From Octopus sinensis (Eukaryota): a DNA stretch of 64,000 nucleotides. Shown piece after piece: positions 41,513 through 54,430 of this stretch. The stretch lies in NCBI RefSeq assembly GCF_006345805.1, contig NC_042999.1:18352001-18416000 (forward strand). The letters are read 5' to 3'. The notes under the pieces are model-generated. The model was not told the DNA's origin. It made no database searches and saw nothing but the letters and a program-made list of their open reading frames with translations. Made by a program: the position numbers and the translations under genes. Every line of letters begins with the position of its first letter. Positions within the stretch are counted from its first letter, which is position 1.

Positions 41513-42329
41513 TTGTAAGATAAAACACACATATACACACAGCATACAGATATATTTATACGTACATACATCCACACACAAATATATATATGCATATACA
41601 TATACATTTATACGTACATACATCTAGACACAGATATATATATATATATATATGCATATACATATACACGCTGAAATCCATTACCATATATGCGTTTGCA
41701 TATAAGTGTACGTTTCTGTGTGTGTGTTTAACTATACCTTTAGTAATGTTTAGCTTGTTGAAACAGTTGTTGAGGCAAATGAAATTATAAACCAGGTTGG
41801 AAATTTGTGGATCTCATTTTTAATGTTAACTCTGTTTGTTTGAAGAATCGATTTAGCCGATAAAGTATATTCGTGGAACCTGATTCATCTTAGAGTTACT
41901 GCAATGAAGAAATGAGTGGGAATTTAATGACCTGTTATTAATTAGGCTCTTAAGTAGTGTGGATTTACTTTTTCAATGTGTATACATCGATTCTCAACAC
42001 ATAGGTATATGTGTGCACGCGTGAATGTATGTGACTGACCGTATAAGCGTATAAGCTTGTAAATATCTCGTTTACTTTCTTTTGAAATTTTTCCTAAGTG
42101 AAATATATCACGAGAATATATATATAAGACACAAATAATTCAGATCTGTTTTTACTGTTTTTGTATTGAAACAAAGAAAAAAAAGAAACGGATATTGTTT
42201 AATTTTAACCAGCATGAACAAAACAAGCGTTGCTGTTAATATAGTTAAAATTTCATTCACAGTAGGAACGTCTAAGCTGATACACGCATATAAACTTTGT
42301 GCATTGTCTATTTAAATGTATTTATTTAT

Positions 42330-42835
42330 TTTTTTATTTTATTTTATCTAGTTTTAGCTCACGAGCTTTGGCCATGCTGGGGCACCGCCACTTGTTGTTG
42401 CTACATGATTTTACTTCACGAATGCTGTTTAGCAAATGCCATTTGGTGCATGAGAGAGTTCGATGCAGCTGCCCTCATCTGCACCTCCTGTCGTGAAGTT
42501 GGTTCATCTGGGACACCTGACAAGAAGAGATCCAGTTTTATTTTAAAGACATCCGCATCCACCCAATGCAGGTCTCTCAGGTTCTTCGGGAGGATATTGA
42601 AGAGCTGTGGGCCTCTGAAGCTCAGGCTATCACAGTATCTTGTCCTACATCTTGATGGCAAATTTGGAGCCCTTGGCACTATGCAGTGGCGCCTAGTTCT
42701 AGCATTTGTGTAACTCTCGATGCCAAAGTTTGGGACAAGTCATTCTAGGATATTCAAGATGTATATTATGGCATATCTTTCTCGCCTACGCTCTAAGGAA
42801 TAGAGTCTTAATGTCTTGAGTCTTTCCCAGTAGCT
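42330..42835 (-). mobile_element. CR1-group LINE 3' end (ORF2 C-terminus and 3' UTR)
   Basis: ISYWERLKTLRLYSLERRRERYAIIYILNILE*LVPNFG...SLSFRGPQLFNILPKNLRDL...FKIKLDLFLSGVPDEP, then a UTR and A-rich tail. Confidence 0.85.
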
Positions 42836-43090
42836 TATATGCTGCACAGAGGCTATCTTCTTCGTGTAGCTTCGTTGGATCGCCTCAAGTTGTATGTATG
42901 TATGTATCCATTTATATATCTATTTATCTATATTTTACGGATCTTTATCGCTCCCACTCACATTTTTCTCTCTCTCTCTGCATATACTTACATACATGCA
43001 TACATGCATACATACATACATACATACATACATACATACATACATACATACATAGATACATACATATATACATATATACATACATATATA

Positions 43091-43402
43091 TTCTTTTTAT
43101 TCTTATAATTGCTTCAGTCATGCTGAAGTACCGCTTGTCATCGAACAAATCGTCTGAAACACTTATTCTTCGTAAAACCGCACCTTTATTTCCTCGGTCA
43201 CTTTTGCCACACAAATAAGCTACGGGGATGTAAACACACCAACATCGGTTGTCAAGTGATTGTGAGGGTACAAACAGACGCACAAAAACATACATTTGTG
43301 CGTGTGTGTATTTGTACGACCTGCTTCTTTCAGTTTCCGTCAATCACATCCAATCACCTTGGGGGTGGGAAGCAAATTTCTTACCACACAGCCACTCCTG
43401 CG

Positions 43403-43458
<56 letters not shown>

Positions 43459-43610
43459 TTCGACGGGCTTCTTTCAGTTTCCCTCTAGGAAATCCACTCA
43501 CAAGGTTTTGGACGGCTCGAGGATATAGTAGAAGACACTTACCCAAGTTGCCACGCAGTGGGACTGAACCCTGAAACATGTGGGTCGTAAGCAAGGTATT
43601 TACCACACAG

Positions 43611-43613
<3 letters not shown>
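43091..43613 (-). mobile_element. SINE family 1, one degenerate full copy (43091-43403) and one 5' half (43460-43613)
   Basis: Homology to the 1424-1860 copy. Confidence 0.85.
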
Positions 43614-43650
<37 letters not shown>

Positions 43651-43879
43651 GGGAGCAGGGACAGACATTTAGAAATAAAAAGAGTGAAAGAAAGAAAAGT
43701 AGTGAGAGAATGAGACAGATAATAAGGAAAATCATGAGTGAATCAAAGTTTCGGATATTTTTTCTTCTCTTAATTAGAAAGTGAGTGTAAACCTAAATGT
43801 GCAATTTCAAAACGGAATGTGTATGTGCGTATAACCTAGAGATTTTACACGATCAAATTACTCAAAATAACAGTGATCT

Positions 43880-44310
43880 GGAAGAAAGGTTAGCACGCCA
43901 GGCGAAATGCATCGCGGTATTTCGTCTGTCGAGCTGGCAGAAAACTTAGCACGCCGGGCGAAATGCGTAGCCGTATTTCGTCTGTCGTTACGTTGTGAGT
44001 TCAAATTCCGCCGAGGTCAACTTTGCCTTTCATCCTTTCGGAGTCGACAAATTAAGTACCAGTTATGCACCTAATCGACTTAATACCTATGTATGTCCTT
44101 GTTTGTCAACTCTGTGTTTAGCCCCATGTGGGTAATAAAGAAATAGGTATTTCGTCTGCCTTTACGTTCTGAGTTCAAATTCCGCCGAGGTTGAATTTAT
44201 TTTTCATGATTTAGGAGATGATACATTAAGTACCAGTTGCGTACTAGGTCGATCTAATCGACCGGCCCTTTCTCCAAAGTGTCAGGCCTTGTACCTTGAG
44301 TAGAATTGGA
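43880..44310 (+). mobile_element. SINE family 2 with duplicated head and internal segment
   Basis: TTAGCACGCC.GGCGAAATGC occurs twice, as does GAGTTCAAATTCCGCCGAGGT. Confidence 0.85.
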
Positions 44311-44519
44311 TAAGAAAATTACTCAAAACAACAAACACCTATTCCATTTCAGCAGAGTAGAATACAAGTACGTTCACATGGGAGACAAAAAAAGCAAATT
44401 AAAAGTTAGTATATAAAATAATGATAAATAACTACGAAGAGAAAGTAAAGTGTAAATCAGAAAGTCCAAAATGAAGTGTCTCAGTTCATATATTTTATCA
44501 CATTTAGCTGAGTCTGTGT

Positions 44520-45964
44520 TTTATTTAGTTACTCAGACGTGGTTGTGTGGTAAGAAGTTTGTTTCCGGTAAAGCGTTTGCTTGTCGAATTATTGGTTTTG
44601 TTTGTGACTCACTTGTCTTTTGGCTGTCTTGGCGGTGCGACGTATTCCCACAACTCACCGCACGACTCGCTGAATTGTGATAATTTGAATTCTTCTTCTT
44701 CAGACTTTATGTCGTCTGAGGAAGAAAGAGTAGAGTGTTTGCGGAGGATAGACGAAGTAATGGCGACAAAGTATTATGCAGAGGCGACGAAAGAAACGGT
44801 CAAATAAAGTCAAGGAAACGATTAAAAGGGAGGGGAAGGAAGTGAAGTTGTCCCCACTCAAAGAAGTGTTATGGGGAAAAAAATGAAAAAACAATAATTT
44901 ATAGTGTGTACTCAGTAGCAGCGAGGAAGATTGAAATGATGACGATGGCTGAAATAGAAAAGGCATTTAAACCAATCTGGCAAGGAATTTCCTACCTCGC
45001 AATGGAAAAAAATTGGTATAGCGGAGGTGCGTTTTCGGGAGGTAGCTAGTGCCACGCTGCACTCAGCTAAACCTTTGAAATCCGAAGAAGTTGTGCTTCT
45101 CTCTGTATACCTTGGAAGACGTGCTTCCAGGGTTAGGGTAGAAAACATACACCCAGAAGTGGATGCAGTCTAGCTGGTAGCTGCCATACTGCTAGGCATT
45201 GAGGAGAAGATGGTGGCCCTCAAGGCCACCAGAACATCCCGCAGAATCTGGCAAGGGTAAAGCCTGGACATGGTGGTACAGGTTGCCTCGGAAGATATCG
45301 AAAGTATGGTAGAGAATATTACGGTCGGCGACGTAACTCTAGAAGTCAGAGGGGGAGGGAGGATTTCGCGCTGCTCTAAATATTGTCTGAAAGGTCCCAT
45401 TAGAGCAGATTGTCCTACACCACCTGTGAGGATTAAGGAAAGATAGGACCCTGAGTAAGTAATTGATACTCCATTGTCCGTGGAGACTGAGAGGAGGCGT
45501 GAAAAGGTGAGTGAAATGGCACCACAGCCGAAAACAAATACCAGCATGAAGGAAGAAGAGGCGAACGCCATCTGGAAGATGGTAGGAAAAGAGGAAGGAA
45601 GAGGAGAAAAAGGACACATGTTGTAAAGGATGACCCTCAGCCCACGCGGATCCCACTGACAGCCACTCTATCCCAACCACTCCCTACAGACACCACCCCT
45701 CTCTATGCTCTATCTGACATAAACACAAGAACAAACACACAGGAGCCTCAAATTTACCTACCCTCGCCCTGTAATGAAAAATATGTGATAACTTCCATGC
45801 TTTCTGATATTCACCAACACTACACCTGGTTTTCTCCCCTCCATACACACACAAGCATGTATCTGACTCATACATTGTTCGCTTTCCAGACATTTGTACA
45901 TTACTGCATATACTCTGACAAGTTGTGGTGCACCTGAGCACTGTATACAATAATTTCATTATTA

Positions 45965-46010
<46 letters not shown>
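44520..46010 (+). mobile_element. L1/Tx1-like LINE derivative retaining a decayed ORF1 with zinc knuckle and an (ATT)n tail, lacking ORF2
   Basis: One frame reads YLGRRASRVRVENIHPEVDAV*...ITVGDVTLEVRGGGRISRCSKYCLKGPIRADCP. The knuckle at 45372-45413 is a degenerate CX2CX4HX4C. Clade assignment tentative. Confidence 0.55.
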
Positions 46011-46011
<1 letters not shown>

Positions 46012-46013
<2 letters not shown>

Positions 46014-46256
46014 TTTTTTTTCTTCTTTCAAATTTTCTTCCATTTCTTGCCGAGTGTCTTCCCGACTCCTAGGGCAAAGAAACTCATAGTGTATATTGGT
46101 AGGCCATTAAACCAAACTCAGTAGTTCGTTAATTTTTTTTTTTTTTTTTTTTTTTAAAGTTAAATTAAAATGCATGAGCAGCAACAGTTCTCACATCGAC
46201 AATGCTCTTCTCAATACGTGTGATGTACCAGTTAAGACAATCTTTTGCACTTCTTG

Positions 46257-46260
<4 letters not shown>
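46012..46260 (-). mobile_element. 5'-truncated R4/Dong-like LINE end inserted in (TAA)n
   Basis: MQEVQKIVLTGTSHVLRRALSM* followed by a UTR and (TAA)n, with (TAA)n on both sides. TAA-repeat targeting is known for Dong elements. Confidence 0.7.
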
Positions 46261-46325
<65 letters not shown>

Positions 46326-46804
46326 GTACAACGAAGCAAACAATGAGATAGACTAGTGGGACGGAGATATAAAAGTGGATGTAACGGGATGAAGGGATCT
46401 GCTCGTGTACATTCAATGAGCGTTGGCAAACCCTGAGTATCTGTTCAGATTAAAAGATTATGTGGAGCATTTTGACTGCGAGACGCGGGTGAAGAAAATA
46501 AACACCAACACAGTGCCTGAACGGGTAAGATATTTTGATACTTTAGAGAAATATAATATAGACGTTCTGCGGAAAAGTGGAGATTAGCTGTGCAAATGGT
46601 GTTGCAAACAGCATTGTTAACTCATATTCTAAAGAAAAGTATCACCAGGTTCACTGAAGTTGCTCGGTGGATCTAAAGTGCTTCATTTCCTTTTTCATTT
46701 TATCCAATTCATCTTTTTCATTCGTTTTTTTTTATCATTATTTGTATCCACCTTGTGCTGCTACTTATATGTACGGCCTTCGTGGAAACTTTCATAAAAT
46801 AAAG

Positions 46805-46945
46805 AAGCGTGCTTCTCAACAACATTGTTCTATGTTCTTTCCCACTGCGTGACATTATGAGCAGATGTCTCCTGCTATAGACTCCGGCTAACCAAAGCCT
46901 TGCGAGTGGATCTGGTAGACGGAAACAAAAAGTATCTTGTTGTGC

Positions 46946-46989
<44 letters not shown>

Positions 46990-47252
46990 TTATATACATG
47001 TTATTATGTATGTAGGTATGTGTGTCAGCCTGTCTGTTTCTGTGTCTGTGTGCCTTTGTTTGTCCTACTACTATCAATTGACAATCGATCTTGGTCTGTT
47101 TACGTTCCCGCATCTTAGTAGTTCGGGAAAAGGGGCCGATAGAATAAGTACCGGGCTTGCAAACAATAAGTCCAGGGATCGATCTATTCTTTCGACAAAA
47201 TCGCCTTTAGATGGAGCTCCCACAAGACTGCTGTCAAATGGCTGAAACAAGT
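46805..47252 (+). mobile_element. SINE family 1, degenerate
   Basis: CCCACTGCGTG...GTAGACGGAAAC...GATAGAATAAGTAC...CTGAAACAAGTA. Confidence 0.8.
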
Positions 47253-47257
47253 ATAGA

Positions 47258-47294
<37 letters not shown>

Positions 47295-47321
47295 ATATAT
47301 ATATAATATATATATATATAT

Positions 47322-47352
<31 letters not shown>

Positions 47353-47572
47353 ATATATATATATACATATATATATATACATAGTAAAAAGGTGATAAAA
47401 TAAATTATTATTGCCGGTGATCTAGCACAAAAGACATTTTAGCCATTAGGCTATATGTTATTCATATATAAGTACATTAAAGGCATCTAAAAGAAGAAGC
47501 GAGTACTAGATACACAAAAATTGGATAAATTCAGTGAAATGAAAATTAAAAACTTTTACAAACTTGGTTCAT

Positions 47573-47642
47573 CTTATACTGCAGTTTCGTCTTTTTCAGC
47601 AGTAAATATAATTTATCTGCTAAGGCTAGACTTTTCAGTAAG
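47573..47642 (-). ncRNA. Type I hammerhead (family D, left arm, G8A core substitution)
   Basis: Mirror of 47925-47994, but the core reads CTGAAAA. Confidence 0.6.
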
Positions 47643-47924
47643 CAGCCTTTTTTATCCTAGAAGTACATATCAATAGAAGCATGTGCGACTCTACTGACTT
47701 GCATTCTCTAACTTTTCAGATCATTGCGCAGACGCCTTTTTATCGCCTTTTTACTATGTTTATATATTTCTCGATAAATTTTGATCGTAAGACCCTATAC
47801 CAGAACCCTCTCTGTTTGTCGGGTATGTTCTGCGTCTGCGCAATGATCTGAAATGTTAGAGAATGCAAGTCAGTAGAGTCGCACATGCTTCTATTGATAT
47901 GTACTTCTAGGATAAAAAAGGCTG

Positions 47925-47994
47925 CTTACTGAAGAGTCTAGCCTTAGCAGATAAATTATATTTACTGCTGAAAAAGACGAAACTGCAGTATAAG
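47925..47994 (+). ncRNA. Type I hammerhead ribozyme with extended stem II (family D, right arm, intact core)
   Basis: CTTA-CTGAAGA-GTC[TAGCCT TAGCAG A TAAAT(TAT)ATTTA CTGCTG AAAAA]GAC-GAAA-CTGCAG-TA-TAAG. Loopless palindromic stem III, GUA triplet, predicted cut after 47990. Stem I is only 4 bp. Confidence 0.7.
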
Positions 47995-48094
47995 ATGAAC
48001 CGAGTTTGTAAACGTTTTTAATTTTCATTTCACTGAATTTATCCAATTTTTGTGTATCTAGTACTCGCTTCTTCTTTTAGATGCCTTTAATGTA

Positions 48095-48103
<9 letters not shown>

Positions 48104-48140
<37 letters not shown>

Positions 48141-48319
48141 TAGATAGATAGATAGATCGATATATAGTTAGATAGATAGATAGATAGATAGATAGATATA
48201 TGTACATATATATATATACATATGTACAAATAAATATATATACATGTTCTATATAGAAAAATTGTATGAATCTGTATTTCTGCACGTGGGCTTGTGTACA
48301 TGTGTATGAATATATGTGT

Positions 48320-48399
<80 letters not shown>

Positions 48400-48401
48400 G
48401 C

Positions 48402-48434
<33 letters not shown>

Positions 48435-48574
48435 ATATATGCATATATATATGCGTATATTTATATACACATATCTGTATAGGTATATATATATATATAA
48501 TATATATATATATGTGTGTGTGTGTATATGTGTATGCATACATACATATGTATATATATGCTTATATGTATACG

Positions 48575-48636
<62 letters not shown>

Positions 48637-48680
48637 CATACCTACATATATGTATATGTGTGTGTGTATACATCTACACT
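48104..48680. repeat. (TA)n/(GATA)n compound microsatellite
   Basis: Directly visible. Confidence 0.95.
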
Positions 48681-49504
48681 CACACATACATACATATTTA
48701 TTAATATATGTCTATGTAAAGTTACATGCACCTTACATCCATACATTAGTTTCGTACGTGTAATTTATTTTTATATATTCTTTTATGTTTAAGTTTATCG
48801 CTTTTACATATATATACGTATATACATTTTTTTTGTAGCAAAGCTATTTTCTTGGCTACAACCCTTCATTTTTACATTTATAAAACTCTAAGTGGCTTAA
48901 CAGGGGTGATCGCAAAAGGTTGGCTAGAAATGTGTAGTCATTATGAGCATCATCAACATTAATTTATTCCAGACAAACTGGTGCCATTTACTGGCCTAAA
49001 AATAAAAAAATATATATAATAAAATATTAAACCGAAATAAGCGACGGAAACAACAGCTGCGTCTAAAAATGCTATTGCTAAAACGTGAGATTCTATATTG
49101 AGTTGCTGAAAAAAATATCTTTTCATATCATCACATATGTGTTCATACGGAAAGAGCAATAACACACGGTTACGTACAGTCACGTACATAAACAATACAT
49201 ACTTGTACCTAGAAATATATTTGCTTTTGCCGTAAATATATTTTATGAGTTTACTACATTAACACACGTTTACAAATTCAATATACTAACATTAAAATGT
49301 GAATAATATACATATTTCCATGGATTTCCTTGCTGTGTATCGTATAATTTGTTAGTTGACATAGCAAGGAAATAGAGGGGAATTACTGGTTAATTGATTT
49401 CTTTGTTACGATAGGGTATGTTCCTTTACGAATTATAGGTCTGTTGAAGTCAGTGTCACTTCCGGGTAAATCAAAATGGTGATTTAATATAGATGGCATG
49501 TAAT

Positions 49505-49745
49505 TACCTTATGATGAGGATGAGGTTGATGGTGGTGGTTGTGTTGGTGGTAGCGGTGGTGGTTCAGGTAGTTATGATGATGACGACGATGACGATGATG
49601 ACGATGATGATGGTGATGATGGTGGTGGTAGTGGTAGTGGTGTTAGTGATGATGACGATGATGATGATAATGATGTTGATACCGACGACGACGACAATGA
49701 AGATGATGATGATGATGATGATGATGAAAACGATGATGATGATTG
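49505..49745. repeat. (GAT)n/(GGT)n tract
   Basis: Directly visible. Confidence 0.95.
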
Positions 49746-50185
49746 CAGTTCTTTGTGTCCAAATACCGTCAGGAAGTATCCAGTTTCACATGCGTCGTTG
49801 AGGCTGCTACAGCCAGAACCATAAAAACCTGGCATCTTTTCTCTCTTCTCCACCCCAACCCGATTCTCCTTGTGCCTTCTCTTAGTAATCTTAAAACGGC
49901 AGCCAATTCGTAGTATCTGATCAGACACTTTCGACTTGAAGGCCTGGCCACAGTGTTTCAGCGGGCTAGGAGGGCTGCAGTAACCAAGTTATCGGTTTCA
50001 AGCTGAAGTGACCTTCTACTAGTTGAGTTGCCTTAAAGGTCTAGAGCGCTCTACCAACTAAGGAGTTGTCAGAAAAGTATCAAATAGAGTACCAAGCCAC
50101 CTGAAGGATGACACGTCCTGATTCGCTGTCGAATTTGAGTCACCTTTTATTTCCTCAAAGCACTCACAGAGCAGTCAGTCTTTCT

Positions 50186-50397
50186 GCGGCGAGCTGGCAG
50201 AATCGTTAGCACGCCGGGCGAAATGCTTAGAGGTATTTCGTCTGCCGCTACGTTCTGAGTTCAAATTCCGCTGAGGTCGACTTTGCCGTTCATCCTTTCG
50301 GGGTCGATAAATTTAGTACCAGTTGCGTACTGGGGTCGATCTAATCGACTGGCCCCTCCCCCAAAATGTCGTGACTTGTGCCTACAGTAGAAAAGTA
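50186..50397 (+). mobile_element. SINE family 2, full length (tRNA-like head, Nin/Deu-like central segment)
   Basis: GCGGCGAGCTGGCAGAATCG (A box), GAGTTCAAATTCC (B box), TTGCCGTTCATCCTTTCGGGGTCGATAAA central segment. Domain name is from recall and unverified. Confidence 0.85.
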
Positions 50398-51100
50398 TTT
50401 GTGCTGAGGTCTCTTGAATAGCATGCTAATTCCATGTTAATTATCCTATAGTTGGGACCCTGACCTGTGCTACTACTCTAGCCAGGATAGAACCTCGATT
50501 AATGGTGGCTAACATTTATCAACTCCCTAGAACTCACGAATCAGTGTATAAGTACTCTTTATGATCGCATAAAAAACGCACAGCCATAATAAACGTACCT
50601 CAATTTTATCAGCACTTATCAAATATGAATTGCTTTTTGATTAATTAAAGTTTATGGGAACCCCACCGTCACATAGAACCCGAGGAATTTCTTGAGACAT
50701 TGCTATATAATCTAAGCACGTCTGATATGCCTTGAAATACGTTGTTCGGTAGATATTATTCGTCTATATTTAATTCTGAAGGACGCTCTTATACACATCC
50801 AATAACAAAAAATAACAACAACATAAACACGTATGTAACTCATACTTAAATGGGAGCCTATACTCAATGTCTCTGAACGTAATTATGGAATTGCATCACA
50901 AGTGCAACTCAATCAAAAACTGCGAGAGAGAAAAAGGATTCCGCATAAGCCATTAACGGAAAATTGTGAATAATTTTCATATTCATTTCAAATTTTGGCA
51001 TGTCTTGTAATTCTGAGAAATGGCATGATTCCTTCATATAGAGTCCATTAAGCAATTGGTACTTTTTTTTATCGACTCCGAAAAGTTCAAATGCACAGTC

Positions 51101-51195
51101 AGACAAGCGGATTTCAACTCAGAACGTAAAAACGGACGAAATACTGCCAAGCATTTCGCCCAGCATACTAATGATTCTGCAAGCTCTCCGCCTTA
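51101..51195 (-). mobile_element. SINE family 2 head fragment
   Basis: AACTCAGAACGTA...GACGAAATAC..CAAGCATTTCGCCC. Confidence 0.75.
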
Positions 51196-53802
51196 GGACA
51201 ATATTGATGCTCTTTTTCACTGTAGGCACAAGATATGAAATTTAGGGGAAGGGTCATTTGAGTACACTTTTAAAAAAAATTTTCCCGGCTTAATAATGAA
51301 GAATGAATAATTATTTCCAGAGACGATTTAAAATTGCTTTTGTATTTATGAACTTCTCTTTCACCAGACATAATTCCATTATCTTCCATTCCTGAAACTT
51401 GGCACATATTTCTGAAAAGTGTATAGAAATATTAGATAATATCAAGTGCAAGATTTTCCTAAAAATATTATTTATATATATATATCTGATGCATACATTC
51501 GAAAGCTTTTGAACGAAAATTTATTGAGTGTGTGTATGTGTGTTTATGTATATATATATGTATATCTATAAGCATGTATTTACGTGTCCGCGTGTGTGTA
51601 TAAATTGAAAAGTGGTGCATAGATGGATATGATTTTCATCTTCACTAATTCGTAAACATTTTTATATTTAAAAGGTCAAAAGATGTATCTGCAATCACCA
51701 ACAAACCTTTGAATCAGATCTGCCGTTTGTCAATCTTATATAACATTGGAACTGTAATTTTATTTTCTCTTTTTCATTGTAAATGTCAATCACCAGGTAT
51801 CAAACGTGTTTGTAGAAAGACGTGATTGGCTGTTCCGATGTAAATTATATTAATGCCTGCCACTAGCAAATACCTTCCGCGAAAAAGAAACAAAAGGGTT
51901 TTTTCCTTTAAGAATGCATATTGAATTTTATATTAAATTTATTTATCTCGATTGTCATGTTATGCCATATTGGAGAATTTCTACAAAGTGGCAAGTGTGA
52001 TCTTTTTATGTTTATGAAGCTAAGAAAGACATTTCTAATAATAAATAATGGAGATTTAAAGTGTTTGCTATTCAGTACCCGATGACCTACGCAAAATAAA
52101 CAAAATATTTGTTATTCACAATTGTGTGCTATTTCGCTTAGATCCCATTTTATAATCTTCCACATTCAACTGAGCTTCATATTTCATACCCTCTTTCATT
52201 CATACGTAATTGCGTGTGAACTAATCAAATACTGCTTCATAAAAATGTTCCCTGCCTATAAGATATAAGTTGTAACGAACCTACATCGTCGATCGACCTG
52301 TTAATTTTAGAATACGAATCTTCTTCAAATTATATGGTGATTCTTCATAGAGTGACTACTGCATTGCTGTGTAATCTGCTCACACGCAACCATTCGGTAT
52401 ATTCTTGGGTTGTATATCCTTGATCATCTGGGGCTAAACCATAACTGCAATAATAATGAATACCTCTACAGCAAAAATATTTCCTGGTAACAACGTATAG
52501 GATTATCTCTTAATCATAAAAATTATATGTTCTGAGGGATATTTTTTAATTCGTTGCTTTTATCGTGTGATCTACTAGGGTTTTCTCACAAATGTTTTTG
52601 TTTCCTTTCGATAAATAAGGGAAAGAAACTACACGTTAGTGCAGTATATGTAGGTGTGTTTGCCTTTTTTGAATTCTGTTACTATTTTATATGCATAAAT
52701 ATATTACAATTTTCTCCACATAAGGAAATACATATGTAGATGAAATAATTGCTGTTTTGACCTCAAGGATGGGGCCTTGCACGAGTTTTGTAATAAAATA
52801 ATCGTTGTCAAACTTTTTAAATATTTAACATATATGTAAAGTATTATAATTACAGCACCACCACTCGCATCCTGAATCACATTTTATTTGATAATTTAAA
52901 TATATTTCGTATATATGGAACGTAAGCAAACGGATGAATTCATTTTTTTTTATTAAAGTTCCACTGATCCGTGGAATAGATATTCAGTTCAAAAATATTG
53001 AAGTTCTGTTGGATGTTGTTTTCCTAGATATTCTTAATTACAGAATTTGAAATACAGATAGTCCTGATGTTACATCGTGTCTATCTTTCAAAAGCTTACT
53101 AACACGATTCTGTAATTTAGTCGAGTTCAAAGTATATAAGAACACTACATGGTGATTATCTATATCATATCTTACCATTCTATAACACATCATATGTATA
53201 TATATATATCATTTATATACATATACACATACACACATACTCACGCACTTACATATATGCGTAAAAATACTTTGAGCGATATATTACGATTAGTATTTTA
53301 TCAATAAATCCAATTTTTCTCTATTCATTACGAGCTGGAAATTATACACTGTAACATTCCTGAGTCGTGATACCGATGCTTCACATTAAATGAGTTGATG
53401 TCATAAGGATTCTTTTCCTAGAAAGCAATTAGTTGTATAAGTTTAGATATATATATATATATATATAAATCAACAGGATTGGTTATGTGATTTCAGCATG
53501 GTGTTTACCTGTATTACATATATAAGTAGTAATTAGCAAATAAGCTATGCAGTGCATTGGGGCTAATATATTCTGTATGAATCCAATTTAGTCTATTCAT
53601 TCGGTGGTATTCATTCGAAAAATATACACCTCCTGGCGTCATTATATATTAACAATGACAATCAAAACTTCATAGCAAAACCATGTAAATTATATTGCCG
53701 AATTTCAGAGCTGATATCAAATATGAAGCAAAACTTGGTTTCTACTATTGAAGATTATTCAAAAGAATTTGTGTAAAATTTTACCCAGATAAAATATTCT
53801 AT

Positions 53803-54039
53803 ACTCTTTTACTCTTTTATTTGTTTCAGTCATTTGACTGCGGCCATGCTGGAGCACTGCCTTTAGTCGGGCAAATCGACACCAGGATTTATTCTTTTGT
53901 AAGCCTAGTATTTATTCTATCGTTATCATTTGCTGAACCGCTAAGTTACAGGGACGTAAACACACCAGTATCGGTTGTCAAGCGATGTTGGGGAAACAAA
54001 CACAGACACACAAACACACACACGCACACACACACACAT

Positions 54040-54074
<35 letters not shown>

Positions 54075-54430
54075 GGGAGAGTTCACAAAAAAAAGAAAAC
54101 AAAAGACGAAGACAGGTGGTGTACAAAACAAACAGATGCATTAGTATAACGCTCAGGAATAGATAAAGTCTTTTACGTTTCTACAGAAAGGGACACAGAA
54201 AAAAATCAAGGAGAGAAACAAGGAGGAAAAATGTGTGTAGTGGCTTCCGATCTATAATACATATATACGACGGGCTTCTTTCTGTTTCCGTCTACCAAAT
54301 CCACTCGCAAGGCTTTGGTCAGCCCGAGGCTATAGTAGAATACACTTGCCCATGTTGCCATGCAGTTTGACTGAACCCAGAACTATGTGGTTGCTAAGCA
54401 TGCTACTTACCACACAGCCACTCCTGCACC
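53803..54430 (-). mobile_element. SINE family 1 interrupted by a ~185-bp insertion (54075-54258) in its internal (TA)n
   Basis: SINE halves lie at 53803-54070 and 54260-54430. The insert's minus strand has CTTT-CTG-TA-GAAACG-TA-AAAG (54166-54193), a possible hammerhead relic with most of the core deleted. Confidence 0.8.

Larger units (their letters stand above)
47464..48103. repeat. Long inverted repeat: 272-bp arms, 96-bp spacer, about 4 mismatches; each arm contains a hammerhead fold (family D)
   Basis: Arms 47464-47735 and 47832-48103. Right end runs into (TA)n. Confidence 0.95.
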
